Of a stretch of DNA of 64,000 bases, positions 19,086 to 29,070 are shown piece by piece. Position 1 is the stretch's first letter, and each line of letters starts with the position of its first letter. Origin of the DNA: a bacterium (lineage in GTDB: Bacteria; Patescibacteriota; Saccharimonadia; Saccharimonadales; Saccharimonadaceae); contig JAUMVB010000001.1 in assembly GCA_030530385.1 (NCBI GenBank), forward strand, positions 34,577 through 98,576, in the 5' to 3' direction. Below the pieces are notes generated by a model. That model saw nothing but the letters and a program-made list of their open reading frames with translations, was not told where the DNA came from and did no database searches. The position numbers and the translations under genes are program-made.

Positions 19086-21062
19086 CTATTTTATCATCTT
19101 TTTTCGAATCTCCGCAATTTGATCCCGCAAATCTGCTGCTTCTTCAAAAAGTAAATTAGCACTTGCAAGATTCATTTGATTTGTTAAATCTTGAATCAAG
19201 TTATTCCATTCTTCACGCGGAATTTTCCTTAAATCTAATTTTGGTTTTTTGTCTTTTTGCGGAATAATCGCACGTAAACCTTCACTAATCTCGCTAGCCA
19301 CACTTTTTGGCGTAATTCCATTTTTGAGATTATATTTTTGCTGGATCTCTCGCCTACGGTTCGTTTCATCAATAGCTTTTTTCATTGAGCGCGTAATTTT
19401 ATCAGCATACATTATTACTTTTCCTTCTTCATGCCGAGCCGCTCGCCCAATTGTTTGAATCAATGCACTTTCTGAACGCAAAAAACCTTCTTTGTCGGCA
19501 TCCATAATTGCCACCAAACTAACTTCCGGCAAATCCAAACCTTCACGTAAAAGATTAATCCCTACGAGCACATCGTAAGTGCCATTTCGCAAATCACGCA
19601 AAATATCACCTCGTTCCAACGTATCAATCTCACTATGAATATATGCTGTCTTAATACCAGCTTCCTCAAGATAGCCAGTAAGATCCTCCGCCATCCTCTT
19701 AGTGAGAGTCGTAATAAGCACACGCTGACGAAGTTTTATTCGCTGACGAATCTCCTCCATTAAATCATCTACTTGATTTTCTGACGAACGAACCTCAATA
19801 ACAGGATCAAGTAGCCCAGTTGGCCGAATAACTTGCTCAATAGGTTTAGGCGAATGTTCAAGCTCGAAATCGCCAGGCGTCGCCGAAACATAAATAACCT
19901 GATTAATATGGTCAAAGAATTCCTCAAAAGTCAGAGGTCGATTATCGAGAGCCGACGGCAAACGAAATCCATTATCCACTAAAACTGTTTTGCGAGCACG
20001 GTCACCGTTAAACATTCCCCTCACCTGAGGTAAAGTCATATGCGATTCATCAACTAAAAGCAAAAAATCATCCGGAAAATAATCCAGCAAAGTTGCAGGT
20101 TGCTCACCAGCCGAACGCTCAGTCAGATAGCGCGTGTAGTTTTCAATCCCTTTAACAAAACCAGTTTCACGAAGCATTTCTAAATCATATTTAGTTCGCT
20201 GCGCTAAACGCTGAGCTTCAAGGAATTTTTCATGCTTTTCAAAATATTCGTGTCGTGCATAAAATTCTTTCTCAATCTGCGGAATAGCGCGCTCGATAAT
20301 TTCTCGAGGTGTTGCGTAATGCGAATTAGGAAAAATATCGAAACTCTGAGGCTTTTCAATAATTTCACCAGTTAAAGGATTTAATAAAACTAAGCGATCG
20401 ATTACATCACCAAAGAACTCTACCCGCAAAGCTAGATCCGAACCTGCTGTAAAAATATCAATCGTATCACCACGAACCCGAAAAGTTCCGCGCGAAAAAT
20501 CAACATCGTTACGATCATACTGGATATCCTTCAAGTGGCGCAAAAATTTCTCGCGATTATATCGCATTCCTGGCGTTAAGTGGAGCGCCATCTCCATATA
20601 ACTTGCCGGCGAGCCGATACCATAGATACAGCTAACGCTAGCCACAATAATCGTATCTTTACGAGTTAAAAGCGCTTCAGTTGCAGCATGGCGGAGTTTT
20701 TCGATTTCTTCATTAATACGCGAATCTTTTTCGATATAAGTATCAGTACTAGCGATATAAGCTTCCGGCTGATAATAATCAAAGTAGCTCACAAAATAAT
20801 GAACCTCATTTTCAGGAAAAAATTTTTTAAACTCGCTGTAGAGCTGAGCGGCTAGAGTTTTATTATGCGCCAAAACTAATGTTGGTTTTTGAACCGCCTG
20901 AATAACGTTTGCCATCGTGAAAGTCTTACCAGAGCCAGTCACCCCTAACAAAGTTTGCTCACGCTCACTTTTTTTTAATCCATCTACTAATTGAGAAATA
21001 GCTTGTGGCTGGTCACCAGTTGGCTGGTATTTTGATTTAAGTTTAAATTCACGTGGCTTCAT
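19086..21062 (-). CDS. uvrB: Excinuclease ABC subunit B
   Basis: Helicase motifs ([10 protein letters not shown]) and a C-terminal UVR domain. 658 aa. Confidence 0.9.
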   Translation of the reverse strand: MKPREFKLKSKYQPTGDQPQAISQLVDGLKKSEREQTLLGVTGSGKTFTMANVIQAVQKPTLVLAHNKTLAAQLYSEFKKFFPENEVHYFVSYFDYYQPEAYIASTDTYIEKDSRINEEIEKLRHAATEALLTRKDTIIVASVSCIYGIGSPASYMEMALHLTPGMRYNREKFLRHLKDIQYDRNDVDFSRGTFRVRGDTIDIFTAGSDLALRVEFFGDVIDRLVLLNPLTGEIIEKPQSFDIFPNSHYATPREIIERAIPQIEKEFYARHEYFEKHEKFLEAQRLAQRTKYDLEMLRETGFVKGIENYTRYLTERSAGEQPATLLDYFPDDFLLLVDESHMTLPQVRGMFNGDRARKTVLVDNGFRLPSALDNRPLTFEEFFDHINQVIYVSATPGDFELEHSPKPIEQVIRPTGLLDPVIEVRSSENQVDDLMEEIRQRIKLRQRVLITTLTKRMAEDLTGYLEEAGIKTAYIHSEIDTLERGDILRDLRNGTYDVLVGINLLREGLDLPEVSLVAIMDADKEGFLRSESALIQTIGRAARHEEGKVIMYADKITRSMKKAIDETNRRREIQQKYNLKNGITPKSVASEISEGLRAIIPQKDKKPKLDLRKIPREEWNNLIQDLTNQMNLASANLLFEEAADLRDQIAEIRKKMIK

Positions 21063-21068
21063 TATGTT

Positions 21069-21097
21069 ATTCTACAATATTTTTTGTACTTTCACAA
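21069..21097 (-). promoter_or_regulatory. Putative uvrB promoter: TTGTGA, 17 nt, TAGAAT, 6 nt, ATG (leaderless)
   Basis: Reverse-complement reading. There is no SD before the uvrB ATG. Confidence 0.45.
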
Positions 21098-21107
21098 ATA
21101 AGCAGGC

Positions 21108-21716
21108 TTATCCGTTACCGGTGCGTTTATCCGATACATGATTATCTGATGACGGCGCCTCAAAATCGGCATATTTTTTATCCAATGCCGCAATAACTTT
21201 TTGTACTAACCGCTCTGGATTATCATCATAGATAATATCTTTAGCACCAGGACTTTGAACATCTTGAAGAAGAGTCGAAACATAATCCGCTAACCCAGCG
21301 GATCCAAGCAGAACGCCACAGACCTTACGAGACTCAAGAGCAGTCGCGAGCTCATGAAGAGATCCCATTCTACCACCAACTGTGATTACCGCATCGCTAG
21401 AAAGCACTAAATGTGCGTCACGACCAACATACCCCATACCGGTGAAATTAATATAATCAAACGGCTCAAATGGTAACCGATAAGTTTTAATATGCTGACG
21501 AAAACTAGAGGCTGGAGAAAAGCCCACACTTAGGCCTTTACGACCTTTTACACTTACAGCTCCCATAGCTGCATAATGCGGCAGGCCAACAGTTGCACCA
21601 GTTGTTAATGTCTTTCCCTGTCTAGAAATCTCTTTTCCTAGTCTAAATGCAAGGTCTTTCGACGCCAATACACTCGGTCCGCTGGCCGCACCACTCACAC
21701 AAATTTGATATCTCAT
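21108..21716 (-). CDS. LOG-family / TIGR00725-like Rossmann-fold protein (possible nucleotide 5'-monophosphate nucleosidase)
   Basis: A glycine-rich N-terminus and a VGGRMGSLHELATAL motif resembling the PGGxGTxxE motif of the LOG/PpnN family. Confidence 0.55.
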   Translation of the reverse strand: MRYQICVSGAASGPSVLASKDLAFRLGKEISRQGKTLTTGATVGLPHYAAMGAVSVKGRKGLSVGFSPASSFRQHIKTYRLPFEPFDYINFTGMGYVGRDAHLVLSSDAVITVGGRMGSLHELATALESRKVCGVLLGSAGLADYVSTLLQDVQSPGAKDIIYDDNPERLVQKVIAALDKKYADFEAPSSDNHVSDKRTGNG

Positions 21717-22165
21717 TTTTTCTCCTTATTTTTATAAAGTTTTTTATTATATTCGTCCAAAAGTTTTTGCTGAATTTCTTGACGCGCATTCTCTAGACTT
21801 CGATCCTTGAAGTCTGCCCCGAGGTTTAAATCTTGCTCAATATCTAATTTATTAATAGAAACAAAACCATCCCTGCAAAGTACTATTGATGAGCTAAATT
21901 TTTGCCAAAAATCACTCTCGCCCACCAAAACCTTATCGCCAAGAAATTTATTTTTCACTGCAGAATAAGCCTCCCGCGCCAAAACATCACTATCCTTAAA
22001 ACCAAGTTCGCGTAAAATTAAGTGGGAATTTTCATAAATATCTGCTGAAATTCGTGCAGATATAGACTCTCCGGATAATATTTTCCGCTCATTTTGTTCA
22101 ATCTCTCGCCGAAATCTTCTTTCTACAGAGCCGCTCAAACCTAAAATTTCCGTCAAACTATACAT
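21713..22165 (-). CDS. Hypothetical protein (150 aa), coupled within the pentose operon
   Basis: No recognisable motif. Its 4-nt and 8-nt overlaps with the flanking genes indicate co-translation. Confidence 0.4.
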   Translation of the reverse strand: MYSLTEILGLSGSVERRFRREIEQNERKILSGESISARISADIYENSHLILRELGFKDSDVLAREAYSAVKNKFLGDKVLVGESDFWQKFSSSIVLCRDGFVSINKLDIEQDLNLGADFKDRSLENARQEIQQKLLDEYNKKLYKNKEKK

Positions 22166-23135
22166 TTAGCCTCTTTTCATACATTGGCATCGAATGTAGC
22201 TCTTCACCTTTTCGCAAGATACCTTTTTTAGCTCCAATATACTGAATTACTGAAGTCGAGTTTGCACTTGCGTAAAGAATTGATTGTTTAATTCCCGCAC
22301 CCTGAGACCATTGACTTAAGAAGCCCGAGCCAAACGCATCACCAGCACCCGTAGTATCTTTGCGCGGAACGTCTTCGTACATACCTGCTCTAACTATATA
22401 ATCCCCATCGGTAGCCCAAACACCATCCGCTCCAGAAGTTACAATAATTATTTTTACGAGATTTTTTGCCCGCAAAGTTAGCTCTTCCGGTTCAAAATCA
22501 CCGAAAAGAGATTGGGCTTCTTCTTTGTTTAAAAGTAGAATCTCAACATCATTTAATAAATTTAAAATCATCTCTGGATGAGCAAGCTCTTTTTTACCAG
22601 GATTCCACATGATTTTCACGCCATTTTTGGTAGCTTCATGAAAAATATTATCTAAAGTATCAAATCTCCCAGATAGATTGGACACATAAATCCAATCAAA
22701 TTCACGAGGTCTAAGTTTAAAATTGTCAGCAAATATACGCGAGCTTGCACCACGATATGTTAGGATTGTCCGCTCGCCATTTGGATCTAGAATAACCGTT
22801 GAATAATCTGTGTTATAATTTTCGGAAATCTCAACACGAGAGGTATCGACAAATTCAGCATCTAATTCCTTCAAGACTTGTTGGCCTGCTAGATCACTAC
22901 CAATAACACCCATAAAACTAGCCATCAAACCAGCCCGAGCAAAAGTTACGGCGGCATTTGTAGCTCCGCCACCAGTTGCAAAATCTATCTTATTAATATC
23001 AATTTTTGAGCCCATCTCAAGAGTAAATAGGTCATGATTGTTTTCTTGAACAGTTTTAATATCTCGAGAATTATGCAAAAAAACATCCTGCGTAGCCGCA
23101 CCAATTGCCAAAATATTTGGGATTTTTCCCTCCAC
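22158..23135 (-). CDS. PfkB-family carbohydrate kinase (ribokinase-like)
   Basis: N-terminal GGGATNAAV motif and the PfkB signature DTTGAGDAFGSGF. Confidence 0.75.
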   Translation of the reverse strand: MEGKIPNILAIGAATQDVFLHNSRDIKTVQENNHDLFTLEMGSKIDINKIDFATGGGATNAAVTFARAGLMASFMGVIGSDLAGQQVLKELDAEFVDTSRVEISENYNTDYSTVILDPNGERTILTYRGASSRIFADNFKLRPREFDWIYVSNLSGRFDTLDNIFHEATKNGVKIMWNPGKKELAHPEMILNLLNDVEILLLNKEEAQSLFGDFEPEELTLRAKNLVKIIIVTSGADGVWATDGDYIVRAGMYEDVPRKDTTGAGDAFGSGFLSQWSQGAGIKQSILYASANSTSVIQYIGAKKGILRKGEELHSMPMYEKRLNV

Positions 23136-23794
23136 TAAATAGCTCCCTTTCGATTTGCTTCAGCGACCATCTCCCTATAGATATGCTCGGGGTCAGGATT
23201 ATCAGCAATCGCACTACCAACATTAACGATATCCACCGATTGAGATAAACTAAATATATTCGAAAGATTAGCACCACCGTCCCAACCAATCTCAACATTA
23301 GAGTTAATCGCTTTAACGAGCCGAATTTTCTCAAGCTGCATAGTACTAGCCTTTCCGCCCATTTCACCTAGATTCCCGGAAAAAATCAATACATGTTCAG
23401 CCTCTTTTATTGCCTCAGCACAAGTTTCCGGAACAGTTGATCGTAGTAGAGCAATTGCCGGTTTGATCATTGTTTCAGCTTTGAGCTTTTTGAATATCGG
23501 TACTAAATCTTCTTCACATTCAGCATGAAAAATCACCATATTTGGATTCATTTGAATAATAGTCGAAAGATGCTCACTTGGTCGAGCAACCATCATATGA
23601 ATATCAGCTTTCCATTCCTTTGGCCACCAAACTTGCGTTTCAGGGATCGTTAAGTTTTGTGCAAATTCACCATCCGTAATATCAATATGAACCCTCTCCA
23701 CGAAACCGTGAAGGCGGCTAATCTGTTGTTCATATTCTTCTGGCGTAGTTGATAAAATTGCTGGTGCTATAGTTGTCATTTTATACCTCGTCAA
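23135..23794 (-). CDS. rpe: Ribulose-phosphate 3-epimerase
   Basis: IAPAILS, HIDITDGEF and GGANLSN match the Rpe TIM-barrel motifs. Confidence 0.8.
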   Translation of the reverse strand: MTRYKMTTIAPAILSTTPEEYEQQISRLHGFVERVHIDITDGEFAQNLTIPETQVWWPKEWKADIHMMVARPSEHLSTIIQMNPNMVIFHAECEEDLVPIFKKLKAETMIKPAIALLRSTVPETCAEAIKEAEHVLIFSGNLGEMGGKASTMQLEKIRLVKAINSNVEIGWDGGANLSNIFSLSQSVDIVNVGSAIADNPDPEHIYREMVAEANRKGAI

Positions 23795-24230
23795 TCATTT
23801 TATTTCTTCGATTAAATCTTGGCGCCTCCGCAAAAGGAGTTTCAAGCCAAATTTTAATAGTATCTTTTAATTTAGCTTCATTTGCAGAATTTTCAAAAAC
23901 GCGAGCTGGCAAACAAAGAACGTTTGAATCATTATCATTCCGTGTCCATTTTGCCTCTTCAGAATCCCAAACTACAGATGCACGGATCCCCTTAAAGCGA
24001 TTGGCCGCCATCGCCATACCTTGCGCGCCACCACAAAGCAAAATTGCTCTAGACCCTTTATCAGCTAGAACTTTAACTGCAGCCCTTTGAGCAAAAACAG
24101 GAAAGTCATCATTCGGATCGTAATTTTCGCCACTAACATCCTCGAATTCATAACTATTTTGGCGTAAAAAATCTTCAACCTTCTCTTTTAAAAAATATCC
24201 TCGGTGATCCGCTCCAACGTAAATCTTCAT
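23781..24230 (-). CDS. rpiB: Ribose-5-phosphate isomerase B
   Basis: MKIYVGADHRGY...LLCGGAQGMAMAANR are typical RpiB/LacAB motifs. Confidence 0.85.
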   Translation of the reverse strand: MKIYVGADHRGYFLKEKVEDFLRQNSYEFEDVSGENYDPNDDFPVFAQRAAVKVLADKGSRAILLCGGAQGMAMAANRFKGIRASVVWDSEEAKWTRNDNDSNVLCLPARVFENSANEAKLKDTIKIWLETPFAEAPRFNRRNKMIDEV

Positions 24231-24240
24231 TTCTTTCCTC

Positions 24241-25248
24241 TTAAATATTCGCAGCTACATCAGAGACAATTTCAACCAACCGGTTAGAATATCCCCACTC
24301 ATTATCATACCAAGCTACAACTTTTACAAGATTACCAGCAACTACATTCGTAAGATTTAAATCAATAATACACGAAAATGAACTACCTTTAAAATCACTC
24401 GAAACTAACGGCTCATCAGTTACGCCTAAAATACCTTGGTAAAAAGGCTCTTTAGCTGCCCGCTGAAATAAATCATTAATTTCTTCCTTTGAGACATTTC
24501 GGCGCAAAACGGCTGTAATATCAGATAACGACACAGTCGGAGTTGGCACTCTCACACTCAAGCCATCAAACTTACCCTCAAGCGAAGGAATAACTTTCGC
24601 CGTAGCAATTGCCGCACCAGTTGTTGTCGGTACGATATTTTCAGCGGCCGAGCGTGCTTCGCGAAGATCTTTAGCTGGCGCATCAAGAAGTCGCTGGCTC
24701 GCAGTATAAGAATGGACGGTGGTCATCATTGACTTTTCGACACCAAATTCACGCTCTAATATCGCCATAATTGGCGCAATACAATTAGTCGTACAACTTG
24801 CATTACTAATAATTTCATCACTTCGACTTAGAGTGTTTTCATTTACCCCTAACACAATAAATTTAGCACCCTCACCTTTAGCTGGCGCAGAAATCACTAC
24901 TTTTTTTGCTCCGGCATTAATATGAGTGCGAGCTTTCGCAGGATCAACAAAAAGACCCGTAGCTTCAACCACGACATCAATACCAAACTCATTCCATGGC
25001 AAATCAGATGGATCTTTTTCGTTCAAAACACGGATTTTTTTGCCAGCCACAACTAGAGAATCGTCTGTGTAAGTCACTTCTTGGTGATAGTTTCCATAAG
25101 TACTGTCATGTTTTAATAGATACGCTAAAGTTTTTGTATCTGTCAAATCATTAATAGCGACAATCTCAATGTCATCTCGCTCAAAAGCGATCTTAAAAGC
25201 ATTGCGACCAATTCGCCCAAAACCATTGATTGCTATTTTTTTAGACAT
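24241..25248 (-). CDS. gap: Glyceraldehyde-3-phosphate dehydrogenase
   Basis: NGFGRIGR and the active-site SCTTNCIAP. An AAAAGGAGA SD precedes it. Confidence 0.9.
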   Translation of the reverse strand: MSKKIAINGFGRIGRNAFKIAFERDDIEIVAINDLTDTKTLAYLLKHDSTYGNYHQEVTYTDDSLVVAGKKIRVLNEKDPSDLPWNEFGIDVVVEATGLFVDPAKARTHINAGAKKVVISAPAKGEGAKFIVLGVNENTLSRSDEIISNASCTTNCIAPIMAILEREFGVEKSMMTTVHSYTASQRLLDAPAKDLREARSAAENIVPTTTGAAIATAKVIPSLEGKFDGLSVRVPTPTVSLSDITAVLRRNVSKEEINDLFQRAAKEPFYQGILGVTDEPLVSSDFKGSSFSCIIDLNLTNVVAGNLVKVVAWYDNEWGYSNRLVEIVSDVAANI

Positions 25249-25358
25249 TTTGTCTCCTTTTATATTTTAAAATTTCTCCCACTATTTTAGCATAAACAAT
25301 TTGCAAAATCCAGATTTAAATCGTTGATTTTTTATTACACTTATGATAATATCCTGAT

Positions 25359-25796
25359 ATGAAAAATATATTCTCTATATTTAAACAAAAGATAAAATTT
25401 GACTGGATAAAATTCTTTATAGTTTTATCAATTTTCAACTTAGTCCTAACAATATCTTGCTTTGCTTTTACAATTTATTCAAATTATATGAGTTCCGAAA
25501 GCCAAATAAAATGGATGGCTGGAACACATAGACTTATTAGCCTTAACTCTGATCATATTCGCTGCCTAGAAACTGGCGGAAATATAAACACAGAAAATCC
25601 TCAGTGTATTTATGCTAAGATGACGGAAAAATCAGGAAATTGCCAATATGATAAAGACGGCAAAATCGATGAAACTTATTGGGATAAAAATGCTATCAAA
25701 GAATGTAAGGAATCTCAAGAACTTAGCAAAAAATTAGAGAAACTTTACGGAGAAAACTGGTTCGAAAAAGTTTTTGAAAATACAAAAAATCACTAG
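25359..25796 (+). CDS. Hypothetical N-terminally anchored, Cys-containing (6 Cys) secreted protein
   Basis: A TM/signal anchor (FFIVLSIFNLVLTISCFAF). Upstream the sequence reads TTGATT, 17 nt, TGaTAATAT, then 6 nt to the ATG, the leaderless pattern. Confidence 0.45.
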   Translation: MKNIFSIFKQKIKFDWIKFFIVLSIFNLVLTISCFAFTIYSNYMSSESQIKWMAGTHRLISLNSDHIRCLETGGNINTENPQCIYAKMTEKSGNCQYDKDGKIDETYWDKNAIKECKESQELSKKLEKLYGENWFEKVFENTKNH

Positions 25797-25909
25797 ACTT
25801 ATTAAAAATAGTTTGACATTCAACAGTCTAAAAGTAATCCATGAACTATACCTAAAATATTCCAAAAGATTGGCTAAGATATATTAACAAGTAATAATGA
25901 AAGGTTAAA

Positions 25910-26431
25910 ATGCCCCGAAATATAGAAATAAAGGCTAAAATCGAAGATTATCAACAAATAAAAAAGATATTTGCAAAAATAACTCAAGATAAGCCCGTAA
26001 AATTAAATCAGCGTGATATTTTTTATAATCTTAAATCTTATAGACTAAAAATGCGAACGATAAATAATGATAGCCACGAATTGATATTTTATAGTCGTCC
26101 TAATTCTGTTGATATGAAACTTTCGAAATATAAACGCTTTAATATAAAACACCCCAAACTTGTTGATAAAATTCTTTCATTCTCTCTTGGTAGGATTGGT
26201 GAAGTTAAAAAGGTTCGGCAGTTATTTTTGAAAGATAATATAAGATTCCACTTAGATAGGGTCGAAAACTTAGGCGATTTTATCGAGTTGGAATATGTAA
26301 TTCCTGAAAAAGAATCAATACAAACCGCAAAGAAAAATGTTAAATTTATAACAGAACAGTTAAATATAAAGAAAAAAGATTACATCGATGTTGCATATAT
26401 GGATTTAATAAATCAGAAAAATAAAAAGTAA
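25910..26431 (+). CDS. CYTH-domain protein (class IV adenylate cyclase / triphosphate tunnel metalloenzyme-like)
   Basis: An N-terminal EIKAKI (ExExK) motif and RFHLDRVENLGDFIELEYV, resembling CyaB/CYTH. Confidence 0.65.
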   Translation: MPRNIEIKAKIEDYQQIKKIFAKITQDKPVKLNQRDIFYNLKSYRLKMRTINNDSHELIFYSRPNSVDMKLSKYKRFNIKHPKLVDKILSFSLGRIGEVKKVRQLFLKDNIRFHLDRVENLGDFIELEYVIPEKESIQTAKKNVKFITEQLNIKKKDYIDVAYMDLINQKNKK

Positions 26432-26624
26432 TCAGCACCGTTCAGAATGATGCTAAATAGGAAAGAACCTAAACAATAGAATGACAAAGCATTTATATGA
26501 AACTACAAGTCTCTGCCTCATCGCCTTGAGCTATACTTGCAGTTTTTTGTTGCCTTCTACTGAATAACTTTTATATTACAAAGTAAATGTTTTATTTTAT
26601 CAATAATTTTCTAAACAAGTACTT

Positions 26625-28199
26625 TTATCTTTCCTGCTTCTCACTAGCTTTTCTTGAGCGAGCCATATCAACGTGTTTAGTCAGGTCCAAATCTCCATTC
26701 TGACGAAGCTGTGAACGAAGCTTAATTCTTGCATGCGAAGTTTTTACCAAATCTAGCCAATCAATTTTAGGCTCAGCATTCTTTCTTGTCATCACCTCAA
26801 CCACATCACCTTCTTTGAGCGGTTTATCAAAAGCGTGGATTTTTTCATTGACCTTAAAAGCATAAGCGTGCTTGCCAATATCGCTATGAACCATATATGC
26901 AAAGTCAAGTGGTAACGCACCTTCTGGCAAATTATAAATATCACCTTTTGGAGAATATACAAAAATTCGATTACCGAAAATATCAATCTGTAATTGTTCT
27001 GGATCAATTTCCTCCCCATCACGCAAACGCTGGGCAACATCTTGAAGTAAAACAATCCATTGCAATTCATTCGAAAGACCGCCATTACCTTTTACTTCAG
27101 TGCGATTTGATACAACTTTTGAAGTTTTACCAGTCAGATAATCTTTGCCTGATTTTTGCTCATGATAATGAAAACTAGCTGCCAAACCGCGCTCGGCGTA
27201 TTCATGCATTTCTTTAGTGCGAATTTGAAATTCCGCAATTAATTTAGACGGCGTAATTACAGTAGTATGAAGCGATTGATAACCATTTGGCTTAGGCATT
27301 GAAATATAATCTTTTATCCGCTCAATCATTGGTTTATAGATTGAATGAAGAACCCCTAAAACACGATAGCAATCTTCTTTGCTCTCAACAATTATCCTTA
27401 ACGCCATTAAATCATAGATACGATCAATATCACCTTTGGTTTTTTCAAGTTTTTTATGGAGCGAATAAATACTTTTTACTCGGCCAGAAATTTCAAACTT
27501 AATTCCAGCTTTTTCGAGCGCGGATTCAACTTCCTCACGAACTTTTCCTAATTTACGAGTTGAACGACCAAGCCGTTTGCGCATTTCGTTCTGTAATCTT
27601 TTATATTCTTTTGGCTCAAGATAAGAAAAAGCCGTCTCTTCTATCGTCATTCGTACACGACCCATGCCTAACCGATCTGCAATTCGCGCAAAAACATCCA
27701 AACTTTCGCGAGCAATTTTTTTCTGTTTTTCAGGCGACATATGCTCTAAAGTCTGAAGATTATGAAGGCGATCAGCCAGCTTAACAATAATCACACGAAC
27801 ATCTTGACTTAGCGCCATCAAAAGCTTACTCAAATTATCCTTTGTTTGCGGAAGATAAGTTTCAAGATTCTTCATCCCACTTCGTGCACGACCAACCTTT
27901 GTCACACCATCCACTAAAAATGCAATATCTTTGCCAAAATTATCTTCTAATTCTTCAAGTGGCGTTTCAGTATCTTCGACTACATCATGGAGTACACCAG
28001 CAATCACCGAGTCAATATCCATCCCCCATTCAACTAGAATACCTGCCACTTTAAGCGGATGCGTGATATATTTTTCGCCAGATTTTCGAAACTGACCTTC
28101 GTGTTTTTCAGTAGCAAAATCAATCGCTTTCTCTAAGCGCAGCAATTCTTCCGCTGTATAGTATTTTTTTGCTAGTTCAAGAAGTTCGCCCTTTTCCAT
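26625..28199 (-). CDS. rel: Bifunctional (p)ppGpp synthetase/hydrolase (Rel/SpoT homologue; HD, synthetase and TGS domains, no ACT domain)
   Basis: HD motif HDVVEDT, synthetase motifs (RVKSIYSLHKKL, YQSLHTTV), and a TGS-like C-terminus. The start was moved to ATG 28199 because the track start (28214) sits inside the predicted promoter (TTGATT, 16 nt, TATAAT, 6 nt, ATG). Confidence 0.8.
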   Translation of the reverse strand: MEKGELLELAKKYYTAEELLRLEKAIDFATEKHEGQFRKSGEKYITHPLKVAGILVEWGMDIDSVIAGVLHDVVEDTETPLEELEDNFGKDIAFLVDGVTKVGRARSGMKNLETYLPQTKDNLSKLLMALSQDVRVIIVKLADRLHNLQTLEHMSPEKQKKIARESLDVFARIADRLGMGRVRMTIEETAFSYLEPKEYKRLQNEMRKRLGRSTRKLGKVREEVESALEKAGIKFEISGRVKSIYSLHKKLEKTKGDIDRIYDLMALRIIVESKEDCYRVLGVLHSIYKPMIERIKDYISMPKPNGYQSLHTTVITPSKLIAEFQIRTKEMHEYAERGLAASFHYHEQKSGKDYLTGKTSKVVSNRTEVKGNGGLSNELQWIVLLQDVAQRLRDGEEIDPEQLQIDIFGNRIFVYSPKGDIYNLPEGALPLDFAYMVHSDIGKHAYAFKVNEKIHAFDKPLKEGDVVEVMTRKNAEPKIDWLDLVKTSHARIKLRSQLRQNGDLDLTKHVDMARSRKASEKQER

Positions 28200-28205
28200 A
28201 AATAA

Positions 28206-28233
28206 ATTATACATAAATTTTAAGAAAAATCAA
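28206..28233 (-). promoter_or_regulatory. Putative rel promoter: TTGATT, 16 nt, TATAAT, then a leaderless ATG at 28199
   Basis: Reverse-complement reading gives gagaaTTGATTtttcttaaaatttatgTATAATttatttATG. Confidence 0.45.
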
Positions 28234-28307
28234 TTCTCACATTTGACTTTTATATTTTAATATATTAAAATATATTTTTAAAAGCACCTTACAAGGAGGA
28301 TATAGCG

Positions 28308-28994
28308 ATGAAAGATGCTATACGAGATTTAGAATTTTTATCTTATGCTAATCCAAAATCAGCAGATAAAATCTGTCGAGAAATAGATTTATTAACAAAA
28401 GAGGAAAAAGAATACAGAGATAAAATAAAAAGAATATCTATGTTTCATAAATTCTTCTTTACCATGACTTCAATGGGTCATAAGAGCAGTTTCGCTATCA
28501 GGCAGATAAATTCAAGCAAGCCAATTCCAAAAGGAAATCCAGTAGAAGTCCCCGAAGATTTATCGGAACATCTCTTGAAACGGATTGATTTACTATATGG
28601 CGAGGAAATCATAACGCCAGAAGAAAATTTCGAGGGAGCTAAAAAGAAGTTACCGTTTGGGATTTTAGAGAATGAAGCGATGATATTATCAAATATCAAT
28701 ATTGTTCTCCTCAGCCGTGAAGATGGCGCAACGCACGCCAAAGATTTCGTTAACCTTTTTGCTCCAGGATCAAAATTAATTGATTCGAGTAAAAGTCGCC
28801 ATGGTGAGAAATTTGCAACACTAATAAAGAAAGACTATGTAGATTTTGGAATAGTTGATTTACGAAGAGTAAATCACCCAGAATATTACAAGCAAAAAAG
28901 GCTACTAAAGAAGATAGGAGAAAAAATAATAGTAATATCTCCAAGTGAATCGCTTAGAGATGCTCTGAGAAAAATTATAAAAATATTACAATAA
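28308..28994 (+). CDS. Hypothetical protein (228 aa), a monocistronic unit
   Basis: A strong AAGGAGG SD 8 nt upstream and its own terminator. No recognisable motif. Confidence 0.5.
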   Translation: MKDAIRDLEFLSYANPKSADKICREIDLLTKEEKEYRDKIKRISMFHKFFFTMTSMGHKSSFAIRQINSSKPIPKGNPVEVPEDLSEHLLKRIDLLYGEEIITPEENFEGAKKKLPFGILENEAMILSNINIVLLSREDGATHAKDFVNLFAPGSKLIDSSKSRHGEKFATLIKKDYVDFGIVDLRRVNHPEYYKQKRLLKKIGEKIIVISPSESLRDALRKIIKILQ

Positions 28995-29017
28995 TCATCC
29001 AATTGGGTGATTTTTTC
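28994..29017 (+). terminator. Intrinsic terminator
   Basis: Hairpin atcatcc-aatt-gggtgat (7 bp including one G-U pair), followed by TTTTTT. Confidence 0.6.
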
Positions 29018-29070
29018 TTATCACAAAATAAAATCAAAATCGAGCCCGTAAGCCCGATTTAAATTAACAC

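Noticed and set aside
23071-23367. 98-aa minus-strand ORF overlapping the pfkB/rpe junction
   Set aside because: It is an alternative frame within well-supported rpe and pfkB coding sequence, with no RBS.
14264-25290. Shared 14-mer tctcccactatttt at ~14266 and ~25276
   Set aside because: In an AT-rich 64-kb window, several chance 14-mer coincidences are expected. The first copy is a terminator arm and the second lies in the gap promoter region, with no further similarity around either.
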